Below, piece after piece: positions 39,301 to 52,040 of a stretch of DNA of 64,000 bases. The notes below the pieces were generated by a model that searched no databases, had not been told where the DNA came from, and saw only the letters and a program-made list of their open reading frames with translations. This DNA is from Okamejei kenojei. Lineage: Eukaryota. Made by a program: the position numbers and the translations under genes. The stretch is taken from positions 7,936,001-8,000,000 of the forward strand of contig CM069157.1 of NCBI GenBank assembly GCA_035221665.1, read 5' to 3'. How positions within the stretch are numbered: position 1 is the first letter of the stretch; each line of letters opens with the position of its first letter.

Positions 39301-42300
39301 AGTCACAGTGCAGGGATCGCTGGTCAGTGCAGACCCGGTGGCCAAAAGGGCCTGTTTCCACGCTATATCTCTAAACTAAACTAAACATGTCACTATCAGG
39401 TGCTTTGACGCAGTTTTAAAAAGAGGATCAAATTGAGCATTTGTTCCACTTGGTGTGACGTGAAGTGTAAGGTGCTGCTCATGCTTTTTAAAACTGAATG
39501 TACTTCAGACGAACCTAACCTGAGTAATAATTTATCTTCCATTCCATCAGGCGTCTGAGTCAAAGGCCATCTGCAGAAGAACTGGAGCAAAGGAATATCC
39601 TTAAAAGTTAGTACATTTTTCATCTCCAGATGCTAATTCTAGTTCAAACTGTAATTGGAAACACGTTGTTGTGCTTTTGATTATTACTGGTTATTATTCA
39701 ACTCATTAAGAATCTTCATGCTTGTGGAATAATTGGGATAAATAATAGATAAAATCTATGAAATTACAGTAGAGAATACTTGTCTGGTATTATGATTGAA
39801 AGTTACAACAATCAAAATGATATCCCTGGGTATGGTCTTGTAAATGCTCCTCATAGTCAGGGTCAGCATATACCCCATCCTCTTCATAAAACCTGTTTCA
39901 ATTATATTCCTGCATCAGAGGCATGCTTTCAGCTTTTGATTGTTGCAGAGTTTCTGTAATTTTTGAAGCAGGATTGTTATTCAGCACTCACTCAGATAAT
40001 TTTCTGTGTATTGATTTGGTAAGGAAGAACCACCATTTCTTCACCACCTAGCCTCTTGGTCTGCACCTGAATTGGACTCGCGTTTATTGAACTGGGTACA
40101 ATCGTACAATGGTCCAGTCAGTAAAACGAATGGTCCATCACATGCTCGGCTATCTGTGTTAATAAGGTCTCGATGAGTATTGCACCGCTGAGGAAAGGGA
40201 TATAACGGCATTGAACATGGAATGGGAAAAGTTCAGTTTGGGTTCATAAAGTTTGATTTGGGACGAAAGGTTGGTTCTCGGAAATCATCAGAAAGGTTAA
40301 GTAGTTGGGGGGAGACTTGATGAAGATGACAATCATGATTAAACCTGGTTAAACACTACGAGGCAATCCTTCGGATAAAATGTTTGTGAAAACAATGTAA
40401 TGTTCAAAATAACAAAACAATGTTCATTGGGTAACCAGCACTGAATACAATGGCAACTTTTCTGATCTCGGCTCGAGTAATGGCACAGATGAAATAACTG
40501 CCCTTTTACCGCTACAGATAAAGATGAAGAACAACACCAGGCAGAAAAACGGGAAATCAAGAGGCGGCTCACTAGAAAGGTACTACAGTATAAAGTGGTT
40601 AGATGAAGGTCTACATTAAGAACTAATGTGCAGCAATTAGATTGGTACATTAACTCCTCAACTTGATCTTTTACACTTAACATTAGTTGAGAAAACCAAA
40701 GCTTTTTTGTATGTGTGCTTCCATAACAGGCCTTGGAATCAACATGAGACTGGGAATGGGAACAGTCAAATGTCCCTAGAGTTTTGAAAGAGGCAGATGT
40801 GGAGATAATGAATGATCTGGTTATGTTTCAAAATCCTATAGCAAAAAAAGCTTTAATCGGTAATAAATGGATAAAAGTCAATGTATATTTTTAAGGTGGA
40901 GATTGGCAGATTCCTGATTAGTACGGGTGTCGGGGGTTATGTGGAGAAGGCAGGAGAATGGGGTTGACGGGGAAACATAGATCGTCCATGATTGAATGGC
41001 AAAGTAGACTTGATGGGCCGAATGGCCTAATTTTGCTCAGAACATATGAACATACAGTAATGGATGTGTGATATCAAGATGCCCCAAAAAAGTTAGCATT
41101 AGATTTATGAAAGATAATTCATGTTAGATTAATGTGTTGTAAGTTCCAATTACAGAGGTTGCTGAACAAATTAGAGCACGTGAAATTTGGGGTATTATGC
41201 CAACTAACATGGATTAAGAGTTGGTTAACAAAGGAAAGGAATAGATGCGACCTTCTGAGGCTTGCAAGATGTGATTGGTGAGGTAATGTGGAATCAATGC
41301 TTGGGTCCCAACTACTCTCAGTTCATTTCAACAATTTGACTTAAGGGATTGGAAGTAGCATTTCCAAGTTTGCTGATGACATGAAACTAAGTGTCAATGT
41401 GAATTGGGGAAAAGATGCAGAGACTATAGATCAAGCGAGCAAAAACATGGCCGAAGGAAGTACAAGATAGAAAAAATTTTAGGTTATCCACTTCGGTAGA
41501 AAAATCAGAAATGCTGACATTTTTTAATGGAGAGAGATTAAGAAGTTTTGACATTCAAAGGGAACTGCTGTCATTGTAAAGTTTTTAAAGCTGACAATCT
41601 GATTCAGCTGACAGCTAGAAAGGCAAATAGTGCGTTGATCTTTGCACTTCTACTCAAATCTTTTAGCAATATGGATGTCTTCTAATTGTTTTATATATAG
41701 CCTTGAAGAGCTTGGAGCATTGTGTACCATGTTGGTATAGAGAGTGTAGCAAAGATTTAAATGATTAATCCACAAGATAGTGTATCCATTGTGAGGAGAC
41801 GTTCAATACATGTGATCTCTTCATTGTAGTTTAGAAGATTGAGAGGTGGCCTCACTGAACAGTTTTCCTAGGGTATATGGGGCAGTGAGAGTGCTTTCCC
41901 TGGCTGCGGAGTATAGAACTAAGGATCAAGTTTGAAAATTATGGGTAGGGTAGTGGGACTGAAATTAGACATTTCTTCACTCAAGGGGCGGTAAATCTTT
42001 GAAAATTGCATCCCTGATGGCAGTAGAGATTCATCATTAAGCACATTCAAAGCAGAAATTAGATTTTTCTTCATGAGGAAGGGTGTGAAAGATTACGGGG
42101 AGAAGGCAGGAGAATGGGATCAAGAAAATAGATCAGCCATGATTGAATGGCAGAGTAGACTCAATGGTCTGAAGAACCTAATTCTGCTCCTATGTTCTGT
42201 GGTCTTATTGCTGAATATTAGAGGAAAAAAAGGATGTAGATATAGGGATAGAAAGTGCTGTTGACCTTGAAGCTCAGCCATTATTATTGAATGGTAGACA

Positions 42301-45300
42301 GGTTCAACGGGTCAAATGGCATAATCCTATTCATATTTTTCTTGTGCTGCTCCATTAATCTCCAAATAAAAAGGACGAACAGAGGTGACTCTTCCCATTC
42401 CCTTTGTCTGCATTTGCAAAATAATTTGTTTGATTTTTTTTTTTCACAATTTGAAAATTCTACTGTGATCATTGGCAAATGCTGCATGATAGGAAAGCTT
42501 TTTAAATTACTATTGTGAGCCTTCACTGTTTTGTGACTGTGATCTCTGATAACCAGCTCAGTGAAAGACCCACGGTGGCAGAACTCCAGGCAAGAAAAAT
42601 CCTACGGTTCCACGAGTATGTTGAAGTGACCGATGCTCACGACTATGATCGACGTGCAGAGAAGCCTTGGACTAAATTAACACCAGCAGATAAGGTACTG
42701 AGGACTTTATAGTTAACTGTAACATTGTCATTAACTGACTGTAAAATTGACTGCTTTCCTACAACATGAGCTTGGATGGCAGTTGAGTTAAGAGCAACAT
42801 CTGACAAGTGTTCATTAACATCAATACCCCTTAGTTTTCTCAAGCAGAGAGAGAAGCGTCCAAGATAGACACAAAATGTCGGAGTAACTCAGCGGTCAGG
42901 CAGCATCTCTGGAGAAATGGAATAGGTGACATTTTGGGTCGAGACCAGTCTTCAGACTTGTAGGTCTTTCTGGCTTGTAGGTCAGAAGAAGGGTCCCGAC
43001 CTGAAACGTCACCTATTCCTTCTCTCCAAAGATGCTGCCTGACCCACTGAGTTACTGCAGCATTTTGTAGCTAGCTTTGATGTAAACCAGCGTCTGCAGT
43101 TCCTTCCTGCACGAGAAGAGTCCAATCGTCAGTGTTCTGTGAGGGATTCTGAAAATCTCACAAGGGCATGAGTAATCTGTAGCAAGATCCTGCTGCAATT
43201 TTTCACAACCATCTTCACTATCTGCAAAACCACCCACTTTTGTATCATCTGCAAACTTGCTAATTTTGCCCTGTATGTTCTCATCCAAATCATTGATATA
43301 GATGACAATAGATGATATAGATCACCGTACTCTAAGGCACACCATTAGTCACAGGTCTTGCTGAATGAATGTCTTCTAAATCCTTTGAATTAGCAATGAC
43401 TTTTAAAAATATTTATGGCCACTAGATTTTATCTCCCTACAAGTGGAAACATTTACACAACAAGATTAAGGGATTTGTTTGTAATGAAGAGGCTTGCTTC
43501 CATGGTTTGTTTGAGCCAGGAAATTATTCTTTAAATTAGTCTAAACGCCTGTGTATGGATAATCCCTCTCCCTCAAAAACAAACAAAAGCAATCTTCCAG
43601 GGCAAGTATTCATTCCATTTCGAAATCAGCTGCTAATCTGAAGGTGTTCTTCATTAGACATTACATGAGAGATTCTAGCATGGTACAGAAGATATTTTTG
43701 ACAGATGCAATTACTTGGAATAAAAGTAAAGATTTACTTCACAAAGCCTTTTCTCATGATTGCACCCTTACAGGCAGCAATACGCAAAGAACTAAATGAA
43801 TTCAAAAGTCAAGAGATGGAGGTGCATGAAGAAAGCAGGATGTATACAAGGTAAATTCAGTCTTTTGGCTCTCAAAATAACATGTAGGAAATATCCGTTA
43901 TCTTTCTGAATAGCATACCCTTAGTTTGGAGAATGACTCCGTTGCCCAAGCAATGTTCAGCCTTTCAGGTCAGAATAATTTCCGATTTGGTGTCCTCTAC
44001 GTCAGCACCAGTGTGCTGTAAAGACGGACATACAGATTCGGTGTCCACCACTTCGTGTCTATCGTTGGTATAAACCAGCATCTGCACTTCCTTGCTTCTA
44101 CTAGTGTGCTGCAATCTGCCTTTGTTCTTCTGAGGCATTAAATGGGAAAATCAGCGAACTCCACTACTTCTGAACCTTTGACTAGTGCCACAACTCCCTA
44201 CCCTGTCCACAGGTGCTGTGGGTAAGGTCAGCAAAAGGCAAGAGTGGCCTACTCTCATGCCCAACCCAGGCGACATTAACATGATTACAATCGAGCCATC
44301 TCCAATGTACAGATACATGATAAGGGAACAAATTTAGTGCAAGGTAAAGCCAGTAAAGTCCAATCAATGATAGTCCGAGAGTTACCAAAGAGGTAGATAG
44401 TAGTTCAGCATTGACACAACCAAAGAGCAGTGCTGAATTACCTTCTACCTCTTTGGTGATCCTCTGACTATCCTTTATCGAACTTAGCTAACTTTATCTT
44501 GCACTAAACGTTATTTCCTTTTCATGTATTTATACACTGTAAATGGCTCGATTGTAATCATGTATTGTCTTTCTGCTGACTAGTTAGCATGCAACAAAAG
44601 CTTTTCACTGTACCACAGTACATGTGACAATAAACTATACTAAACATCCTCGCACACCTGCTTACTGTTCATTCCAATTATGCCTTGGCCCATTTGACCA
44701 ATGTGGATCCTGGTAAAAGTCAGCCTTGACAGTTTGCTTACTCAATACTCATAGACTTTGGGACAGAGTGCACAAGATTTCTCTGACCCTAAGTCGGATA
44801 AATCCTTCCTTTAGGGTCCCTGGGATTTTGTCCCTGGGTAACCTGGCTTGAATTTGTAGGAGCACGCAGTGGGTCCATCAGCCTCTGGAGTTTCTTTCAC
44901 CAAGTTAAGATCTTGGCTGATGTTCTTATCACTATTGATCTGTAATTCTTAATACCCTTGCGAACATGTATAATGTGCTTTTATTATAATATGGGATCAT
45001 GAAGCCCTTCATGAGTGCATGATCAATATTCATGGGAAGTGAACACATCCTGTGTTTTTTTAATTCGCCCATCAACTCTCCCCAGATTCTAAAACTTAGT
45101 ACACATGAGGGATAATTTACAGTGGCCCATTAACCTTCCAACCCACACCTTTGGGATTTAAAGAGAAACTGGAGCACCTGAAGAAAATATATGCAGTCAC
45201 GGAGAGAATATACAAATTCTACACAGACAGCAACTTTGGAAACAAGTCACCGGAAATATGAACCAGCAAGGGTGGCACAGCGGTAGAGTTGCTGCCTTAC

Positions 45301-46149
45301 ACCGCTTGCAGTGCCTGGAGACTCGGGTTCGATTCAGACTATGGGTGCTGTCTGTACGGAATTTGTACGTTCTCCCCGTGACCGCGTGGGTTTCCTCCTC
45401 CTCTCCAAAGACGTTAGGGGTTGTAGGTTAATTGGCTTGGTATAATTGTAAATTGTCCCTAGTGTGTATAGGATAGTGTTAGCGTGCAGGGATCGCTGGT
45501 CGGCGCGGACTCAGTGGGCCAAAGTGCCTATTTCCGCACAGCAGCTCGAAAAAAAACTAAACTCAACTCATCTCGCTGTTGCATTCTGTTGCCGTTGTGT
45601 GTCTCAGAATCGATTTGGATGATGCATTAACCTATTAAACCATTGAAGTGCAGGGAAAATCTTTTTGTGTTCTCATGACTTCCCAGATACACAGTTAATA
45701 AATCACTTTTGAACTGGGATCATGTTGTAATATGCACACAGAAGTTCCAAAGTCAGGAACAAGACCAAATAATCTGATTTTAATAATAGATTAAAATTAT
45801 CCTCGGGTCACTGAGAAAATACTTTTACTGTCATTGAAGTACAACCCTAGAATGTTTCAAAGCTACCTTGGAGAGAGAGAGTCTGAATTTAAGATCACTT
45901 CTAAAAGGTGGCATCTCTAATATGGCAATGCTCCCCCAGTGTCAAATAAAGTGATAGCGTTAGAAATATTCAGAATTGTGCACAATCCCACAACCTTCTG
46001 ACTTGGAAACAACAATCCAATTGAGACAAGATTAGGAGGAGAAACAAAACAAAAAAAGGGGCTTGTATGAATTAAGATAGTATGAATTAAGATTGTTGTG
46101 CACATTGTTATTAATTATGTTTTCTCTCCTTAGGTTCCATCGGCCTTAA
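14919..46149 (+). CDS. PHACTR4: PHACTR4 (phosphatase and actin regulator 4), whole spliced CDS, 13 coding exons, 2121 nt, ~706 aa
   Basis: Exons join in phase with GT-AG sites (one GC-AG). Motifs match vertebrate PHACTR4: [62 protein letters not shown] repeats and C-terminal ILRF.EYVEV...FHRP*. Downstream SNORA73 host gene supports PHACTR4 rather than PHACTR1-3. Confidence 0.95.
15400..15670. repeat. C-rich low-complexity tract with degenerate CCCTAA/CCCTC-like units
   Basis: Directly visible. Confidence 0.8.
16463..16761 (-). mobile_element. HE1-like V-SINE
   Basis: Reverse complement of the same consensus. Confidence 0.85.
18469..18636 (+). CDS. PHACTR4: PHACTR4 exon: EEEEPR...[25 protein letters not shown] (N-terminal basic/NLS block)
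   Basis: ttttcag acceptor, CAG|GTAAGA donor, 168 nt, phase 1-1. Confidence 0.97.
20040..21210 (-). mobile_element. Old degraded CR1 LINE fragment
   Basis: Colinear, diverged similarity to the 49.6-50.7 kb CR1. Confidence 0.7.
25738..26575 (-). mobile_element. CR1 LINE 3' fragment
   Basis: ORFs 26147-26428 ([13 protein letters not shown]) and 25773-25985 match the CR1 ORF2 C-terminus; FADD-like remnant near 26540. Confidence 0.9.
27166..27246 (+). CDS. PHACTR4: PHACTR4 exon: [27 protein letters not shown] (N-terminal RPEL)
   Basis: ttccag acceptor, non-canonical AAG|GCAAGT donor, 81 nt, phase 1-1. Confidence 0.95.
29687..30090. mobile_element. Penelope-like element fragments (GIY-YIG C-terminus), two pieces in opposite orientation
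   Basis: - strand [22 protein letters not shown]; + strand [26 protein letters not shown], followed by the common short repeat end. Confidence 0.75.
31421..31615 (+). CDS. PHACTR4: PHACTR4 exon: [23 protein letters not shown]...ELKKTK
   Basis: Polypyrimidine tract plus ttgcag acceptor, AAG|GTAAGA donor, 195 nt, phase 1-1, LKNGHT motif. Confidence 0.93.
32627..32977 (+). CDS. PHACTR4: PHACTR4 exon: AEASERR...IPPKRP, Thr/Ser-rich tract, [20 protein letters not shown]
   Basis: CAGCAG tandem acceptor (start 32627 or 32630), TCG|GTGAGT donor, phase 1-1. Confidence 0.93.
34416..34971 (+). CDS. PHACTR4: PHACTR4 exon: AELSH, proline-rich region, [13 protein letters not shown]...LQVTLEKLK
   Basis: tttttcag acceptor, ATG|GTGAGT donor, 556 nt, phase 1-2. 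Confidence 0.93.
34980..35595. mobile_element. Possible AT-rich non-autonomous DNA transposon fragment inserted just after a PHACTR4 donor site
   Basis: Abrupt compositional shift, bounded by a Penelope-end repeat. No TIR pair or TSD could be confirmed. Confidence 0.35.
36736..36953 (+). CDS. PHACTR4: PHACTR4 exon: acidic region CPSDDE...[14 protein letters not shown]...QP
   Basis: accag acceptor, CCA|GTACGT donor, 218 nt, phase 2-1. Confidence 0.9.
37288..37444 (+). CDS. PHACTR4: PHACTR4 exon: [33 protein letters not shown]...IGTALIR (RPEL)
   Basis: tgcag acceptor, CAG|GTGACG donor, 157 nt, phase 1-2. Confidence 0.96.
39056..39385 (+). mobile_element. HE1-like V-SINE with internal (GT)n microsatellite at ~39268-39299
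   Basis: tRNA head, V domain, CR1-like tail ending TCTAAACTAAACTAAAC. Confidence 0.87.
39551..39606 (+). CDS. PHACTR4: PHACTR4 exon: [18 protein letters not shown] (RPEL)
   Basis: catcag acceptor, AAA|GTTAGT donor, 56 nt, phase 2-1. Confidence 0.95.
40518..40579 (+). CDS. PHACTR4: PHACTR4 exon: [21 protein letters not shown]
   Basis: ctacag acceptor, AAG|GTACTA donor, 62 nt, phase 1-0. Confidence 0.95.
41100..42320 (+). mobile_element. Old degraded CR1 LINE fragment
   Basis: TCCAAGTTTGCTGATGAC (SKFADD) at ~41363 and diverged CR1 3' region. Confidence 0.8.
42557..42694 (+). CDS. PHACTR4: PHACTR4 exon: [24 protein letters not shown]...[11 protein letters not shown] (last RPEL and PP1-binding region)
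   Basis: accag acceptor, AAG|GTACTG donor, 138 nt, phase 0-0. Confidence 0.97.
43774..43850 (+). CDS. PHACTR4: PHACTR4 exon: [26 protein letters not shown]
   Basis: ttacag acceptor, AAG|GTAAAT donor, 77 nt, phase 0-2. Confidence 0.97.
45269..45562 (+). mobile_element. HE1-like V-SINE
   Basis: GGTGGCACAGCGGTAGAGTTGCTGCC...GGGTTCGATTC head and V domain. Confidence 0.87.
46134..46149 (+). CDS. PHACTR4: PHACTR4 terminal coding segment (R)FHRP-stop
   Basis: tttctctccttag acceptor then G TTC CAT CGG CCT TAA; conserved PHACTR C-terminus. Confidence 0.96.
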
Positions 46150-49000
46150 GAATGTGTACAGAGTAAACAGAAATCTAGCTATATGGAATCTGTGCAGAGA
46201 TGGGGATGAGGCGCGAGAGCTGTACCTGAAGCCATGTTGTATTGACAATGGTGTACAATGTATTCAGTACAAATTCAGTGAACCTGGTGCCATGGGAAAA
46301 GATATCAAAGCCTGATAAACATATACGTAAATCAGTTCTTACATCCTCGAAGTTGAGGTTTCCCTTGATCATATCTGTTTCTGCACCTCCAGATTTATAC
46401 AATATACTAGTTGCTTCAAAATCACAGCACTTGCTAACAGTTGCTGGGATGGTGTGCTGGGGAAATAACTGTTTTTCATTTTTTTTAACCAAAGATGAAT
46501 GAAGAGTAGGTCTATGTATAGACTGTGATCACCATCTCCCTATCACCTTCTCAAGACATATTATCCCTATTGATTTTATATTTGCACACATTTCGACGTC
46601 TCACGGAAAGCCATTTGGAGACCGAGCGTCACCCATTTCCGAATCACCCTCGACCCCAGGATATCAGGCCTTACTTTACTGCATTATCCTCACAACCACC
46701 ATCAGTTCCATGGCCTTTTAGTTGCTGGTGTCTCCATGAGCAAAACGGACTCTTGGAATACAACAAAAACGTGGAATGAATGACTGGAGGGTCTTGTGGC
46801 GACAAATTTATTGTTGTAGCCCCTCTCCTTTTTTTAAAAAACAAAAATCAACAAGTGCTGATTTCACTGAAGCAGGTCTCTTTTGAAAGGAATGTATTAT
46901 AGCATCAGGTGCCTTTCATCCTTAGACACCACGGATGTGGGGAAGGGTCTGGTTTTGGGCAGGGAAATTATAAACTTTTGTACATAGGCAATGACTGGTT
47001 TGCATTGAATGTTAAATCGTGTCTCAATGGAAAAGATGCACCTCCCTATTTCATTTAGAGTGAATATGTACACAGTTGTCTTCATATTAAATATTGTAAC
47101 TTAAAAAAAAAAATCAGAATCCATTTAAAACACTATACTGAATTCCTTCACAACCAAACTGTCAAACATTTCCATTCTAGTATGAAATGTTATCTCTTTG
47201 ACATTTTAAATTGTCTTGTAATTTATAACAAATTAATTTTCCCAGTCTTGCTCTCTGGCAGACGATAGCATAGACAGGTTGGCAGTGAAGAATGCAATTT
47301 GTTTTTCAACTCCTTGCTTTTGTTCCTGCAACTCAATCATCTTATGTGTGTTATATTAGATCTTTAGCTAAGTGAGCGGCTCAGTTAATTCCAATCCTTT
47401 TTCGCAATGGAATGTGAATAATGGGTGGAAATGATTTACCAAACTTGCTGAGAGTTTGGGGTTTTCTTGGGAACGCGTGAAGCACTTGATGGGTTTCATT
47501 TGCAACATTTTCAGTCATATCATTTAAAGTTCAAGATTCTTGTTTGTAGACTGAGTCAAAGTACATCTTGAAGTAGAACTTTGGTGTAGACCCTGGCAGC
47601 ACGATTCTCCATAAAATTCCATCTAAACAGTTGATGTGCATTTGCTGATTGAGTTGATGGGCTTCAGTAATAGGCAATAATGCTAATAAAATATTTGCAA
47701 CAGCATTGCAGTTAAAACTAGGAGATTGCTGAGCAACCATCGAATTAGTGTCAATTTCGCTGCAATGCTACACATCATCAGTTTCAATCATGACAGCTGA
47801 TGTGCATTGTCATTTTGTTTCTCTTCTGTTCCTCATCTATCTTTGCGTATTTAAAGTTGGCAAGAATATGGAGGGCTCTTTAATAATAAGAAGCTTTAAA
47901 TCACATTTTCATTTTGTTTAATTCACTATACAGGTCATTGTGACGAGTGGCATTTGAACCACATCGGTGCCACGCTCTACTATTGTTTGATGGGGTCAAT
48001 AATACAGTAATGTCCCTGCCTAACAGATGGCAGGGTTATAGAATGGTTGGTTAATTAATGCAATAGATAGTGACTTGTTGTACAGCTCAAAGGTCCCTGT
48101 TCTGAATCCCTCATGTGCTAACCTGAAGCTCGCATTTAGCAGTCTAGGCACTGTAATTATCCACGTGGGGGTGGAGGGGGGGGGGGGGGGGGGGGGGGGG
48201 CTTTGGGCTGAGGAGGAAAGACAACTCAGGGTTCCCGCTCCTGATCTGTTAATTCCTGGGTGGGAAGCCCACATGCAGGACACGATATGGTGGGGTATAG
48301 AAGAGCCAAGTAGCACTTGAGGAATAGCCACATGGGGCAAGTACTCGAGGGTTTCCAGGGCTGCCCTCTTCTGGTCTGTGACCATGAGTGGGAAGCTGGG
48401 AAACCAGAGGCGCTGTGACACTGGAGCCTAATGGGCCTGCTACACTGCTAAATATTAAATATTAGTATTTTTATTAAGCCAGTACATACAATGTTGCAGG
48501 GTTAACATTGCCCTACTCTCTTTGGAATTGAATTATTGCACATGTATGTAATATTTTTAGCAAGATATGTTAATGTTAATACAATTCCTTTTTGTAAAGC
48601 ATTGGATATCTCAAAATGGTCTTCCTTGTACCTCTTCTCCCCGATACAGTTAATGAGTTTATGAATTGAACGCACATCATGGTGTTTTTGTGTTTGAGGG
48701 GATCCAGGATTTAAAATAGGCTCTCAACCTTTGTCTATAGTTGTTCCTCGATTATGAAATGCAGCTGGACTGGGGGAGGAAGGTCAAAAGACCAAATTGA
48801 AATCCAGCCTCTCCCATCAGAAATTTTAAACAAAGACACGCAAATTTTTTTGCGGTCTGTATAGTTGTCGTATGTACATTTTCATATGAGTTGTAAATAA
48901 TTGAACAATTATTGTTGCTCTTATAAATTGTTTTTTTTTGGTGTATTTTGTTCTCATTCAATGCTGCTTTCTTTTATTAAAAAATAGATTCCTACTAGTT
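46150..49000 (+). other. Probable PHACTR4 3' UTR ending near ATTAAA at 48976-48981
   Basis: AU-rich, free of the young repeats dense elsewhere; ATTAAA followed by T-rich sequence, then repeats resume at ~49200. The end is inferred. Confidence 0.5.
48176..48200 (+). repeat. Poly-G run (25 G)
   Basis: Directly visible. Confidence 0.95.
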
Positions 49001-49576
49001 GAGAATCCGTTTTTTTAAATGTCCATCTTATATCAAAACTATTTCAGTAAGCTTTGCAGTGCAAGCAGAGTAGAAATTCCCACGCAAACTGGATGTAGAT
49101 AATGTGAAAGGAGTTGCCTGGCTAGGGTTAACAAGAACCTGATCTAACCTGCTGGCTGTTGTGGGGCAACAAAAGTGCGTCTCCTGATTTGTGCAAATAA
49201 ATCTGACGAAGGGTCCTGACCAGAAACATTGTCCGTCCATGTCCCCCAGAGATAGTGCCTTAACCACTGAAGATTCTATGCAAGATTCCAGCATGAACGA
49301 ATGAATACTTTATTGTCTCATGTGACAGATCACATTGAAATTATTTGCTTGCGTACCCACGGTAGGCACATAAGGACGCAGACAAGGTTACAAAGTATAC
49401 ACAGTATTTGCGCCAGGTCCCCCTTTGTTCTCCCCCTCCCCTCCCACCCCCTCATGGTGGTCTCTCCAGGCCGGGTCCTCCATTGTGTTTCCCCCCCCCC
49501 CCCCACCCACTCCAAAGCTGGGTCCCCGTTGTTCTCCCCTTCCCTCATGGAAGTCCCTCCACGCCGGGTCCTCCAT

Positions 49577-52040
49577 TAGAAACATAGAAAATAGGTGCAG
49601 CAGTAGACCATTCGGCCCTTAGAGCCTGCACTGCCATTCAATATGATCATGGCTGATCATCCAACTCGGTATCCTGTACCTGCCTTCTCTCCATACACCC
49701 TGATCCCTTTAGCCACAAGGGCCACATCTAACTCCCTCTTAAATATAGCCAGTGAACTGGCCTCAACTACCTTCTGTGGCGGAGAATTCCACAGATTCAC
49801 CACTCTCTGTGTGAAAAATGATTTTCTCATCTCGGTCCTAAAAGACTTCCCCATTATCCTTAAACTGTGACCCCTTGTTCTGGACTTCCCCAACATCGGG
49901 AACAATCTTCCTGCATCTAGCCTGTCCAACCTCTTAAGAATTTTGTATGTCTCTATAAGATCCCCCCTCAATCTTCTAAATTCCAGCGAGTACAAGCCAA
50001 GTCTATCCAGTCTCTCTTTGTATGGAAGTCCTGCCATCCCAGGAATCAGTCTGGTGAACCTTCTCTGTTCTCCCTCTATGGCAAGAATGTCTTTCCTTAG
50101 ATTAGGAGACCAAAACTGTACACAATACTCCAGGTGTGGCCTCACCAAGACCCTGTACAACTGCAGTAGAACCTCCATGCTCTTGTGCTCAAATCCTTTT
50201 GCTATGGATGCCAACATACCATTCACTTTCTTCACAGCCTGCTGCACCTGCATGCCTACTTTCAATGACTGATGTACCGTGACACCAAGGTCTCGTTGCA
50301 TCTCCACTTTTCATAATCAGCCACCATTCAGATAATAGTCTACTTTCCTATTTTTGCCACCAAAGTGGATAGCCTCACATTAACCACATTATACTGCATC
50401 TGCCATGCATTTGTCCTCTCACCCAACCTATCCAAGTCACCTTGCAGCCTCCTAGCATCCTCCTCACAGCTAACACTGCCCCCCAGCTTCGCGTCATCCG
50501 CAAACTTGGAGATGTTGCATTCAATTCCCTCGTCCAAATCAAGAATATATATTGTAAATAGCTGGGGTCCCAGCACTGAGCCTTGCGGTACCCCACTAGT
50601 CACTGCCTGCCGTTCTGCAAAGGACCCGTTTACTCCTACTCTTTGCTTCCTGTCTGCCAGCCAGTTCTCCATCCACATCAATACTGAACCACCAATATCG
50701 TGTCCAGATAGAACACATCCACAGGTTCTCCCTTATCCACTCTACTAGTTACATCCTCGAATAATTCTATAAGATTGTCAGACATGATTTACCTTTCATA
50801 AATCCATGCTGACTTTGTCCAATGATTTCACCACTTTCCAAATGTGCTGCTATCACATCTTTAATAACTGACTCTAGCATTTTCCCCACTACCGATGTTA
50901 GACTAACTGGTCTGTAATTCCCCGTTTTCTCTCTCTCTCCCTTTTTAAAAAGTGGGGTTACATTAGCTACTCTCCAATCCTCAGGAACTATTCCAGAATC
51001 TAAAGAGTTTTGCAAAATTATCACTAATGCATCCACTATTTCTGGGGCTACTTCCTTAAGTACTCTGGGATGCAGCCTATCTGGCCCTGGGGATTTATCG
51101 GCCTTTAATCCATTCAATTTACCTAACACCACTTTCTGGCTAACCTGGATTTCACTCAGTTCCTCCATCTCATTTGACCCCCGGACCCTGCTATTTCAGG
51201 CAGATTATTTATGTCTTCCTTAGTGAAGACAGAACCAAAGTAGTTATTCAATTGGTCTGCCATGTCCTTGTTCCCCATGATCAATTCGCCAGTTTCTGAC
51301 TGCAAGGGACCTACATTTGTTTTAACTAACCTTTTTCTCTTCACATATCTATAAAAACTTTTGCAGTCAGTTTTTATGTTCCCTGCCAGTTTTCTTTCAT
51401 AATCTATTTTCCCTTTCCTAATTAAGCCCTTTGTCCTCCTCTGCTGGACTCTGAATTTCTCCCGGTCCTCTGGTAAGCTGCTTTTTCTAGCTAATTTGTA
51501 TGCTTCATCTTTTGTTGTGATACTATCCCTGATTTCCCTTGTTATCCACGGATGCACTACCTTCCCTGATTTATTATTTTGCCAAACTGGAATAAACAAT
51601 TGTTGTAGTTCATCCATGCAGTCATTAAATGCCTTCCATTGCATATCCACCGTCAACCCTTTAAGAATCACTTGCCAGTCTATCTTGGCTAATTCACGTC
51701 TCTGTCTTGGCTAATTCACGTCTCAAAGTTACCTTTCTTTAAGTTCAGAACCCTTGTTTCTGAATTAACAATGTCACTCTCCATCCTAATGAAGAACTCA
51801 ACCATATTATGGTCACTCTTTCCCAAGGGGCCACGTACAACAAGACTGATAACTAACCCTTCCTCATTACTCAATACTAAGTCTAGAATAGCCTGCTCTC
51901 TTGTTGGTTCCGCTACATGTTGGTTTAGAAAACTATCCCGCATACATTCCAAGAAATCCTCTTCCTCAGCACCCCTGCTAATTTGATTCACCCAATCTAT
52001 ATGTAGATTGAAGTCACCCATTATAACTATTTTACCATTG
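49577..52040 (-). mobile_element. CR1-clade (HER1-like) LINE, 5'-truncated and frameshifted ORF2
   Basis: Consecutive - strand ORFs give endonuclease (GDFN, SDH), RT (NYRPVSLTS, QHGF, GVPQGSVLGP, KFADD) and CR1 C-terminus (RPHLEYCVQFWSP); (TTCTATGT)-type tail; internal deletion near 50700. Confidence 0.95.

Noticed and set aside
49577-52040. Active or domesticated reverse transcriptase gene
   Set aside because: 5'-truncated, with several frameshifts, an internal RT deletion and a small tandem duplication near 51683-51724
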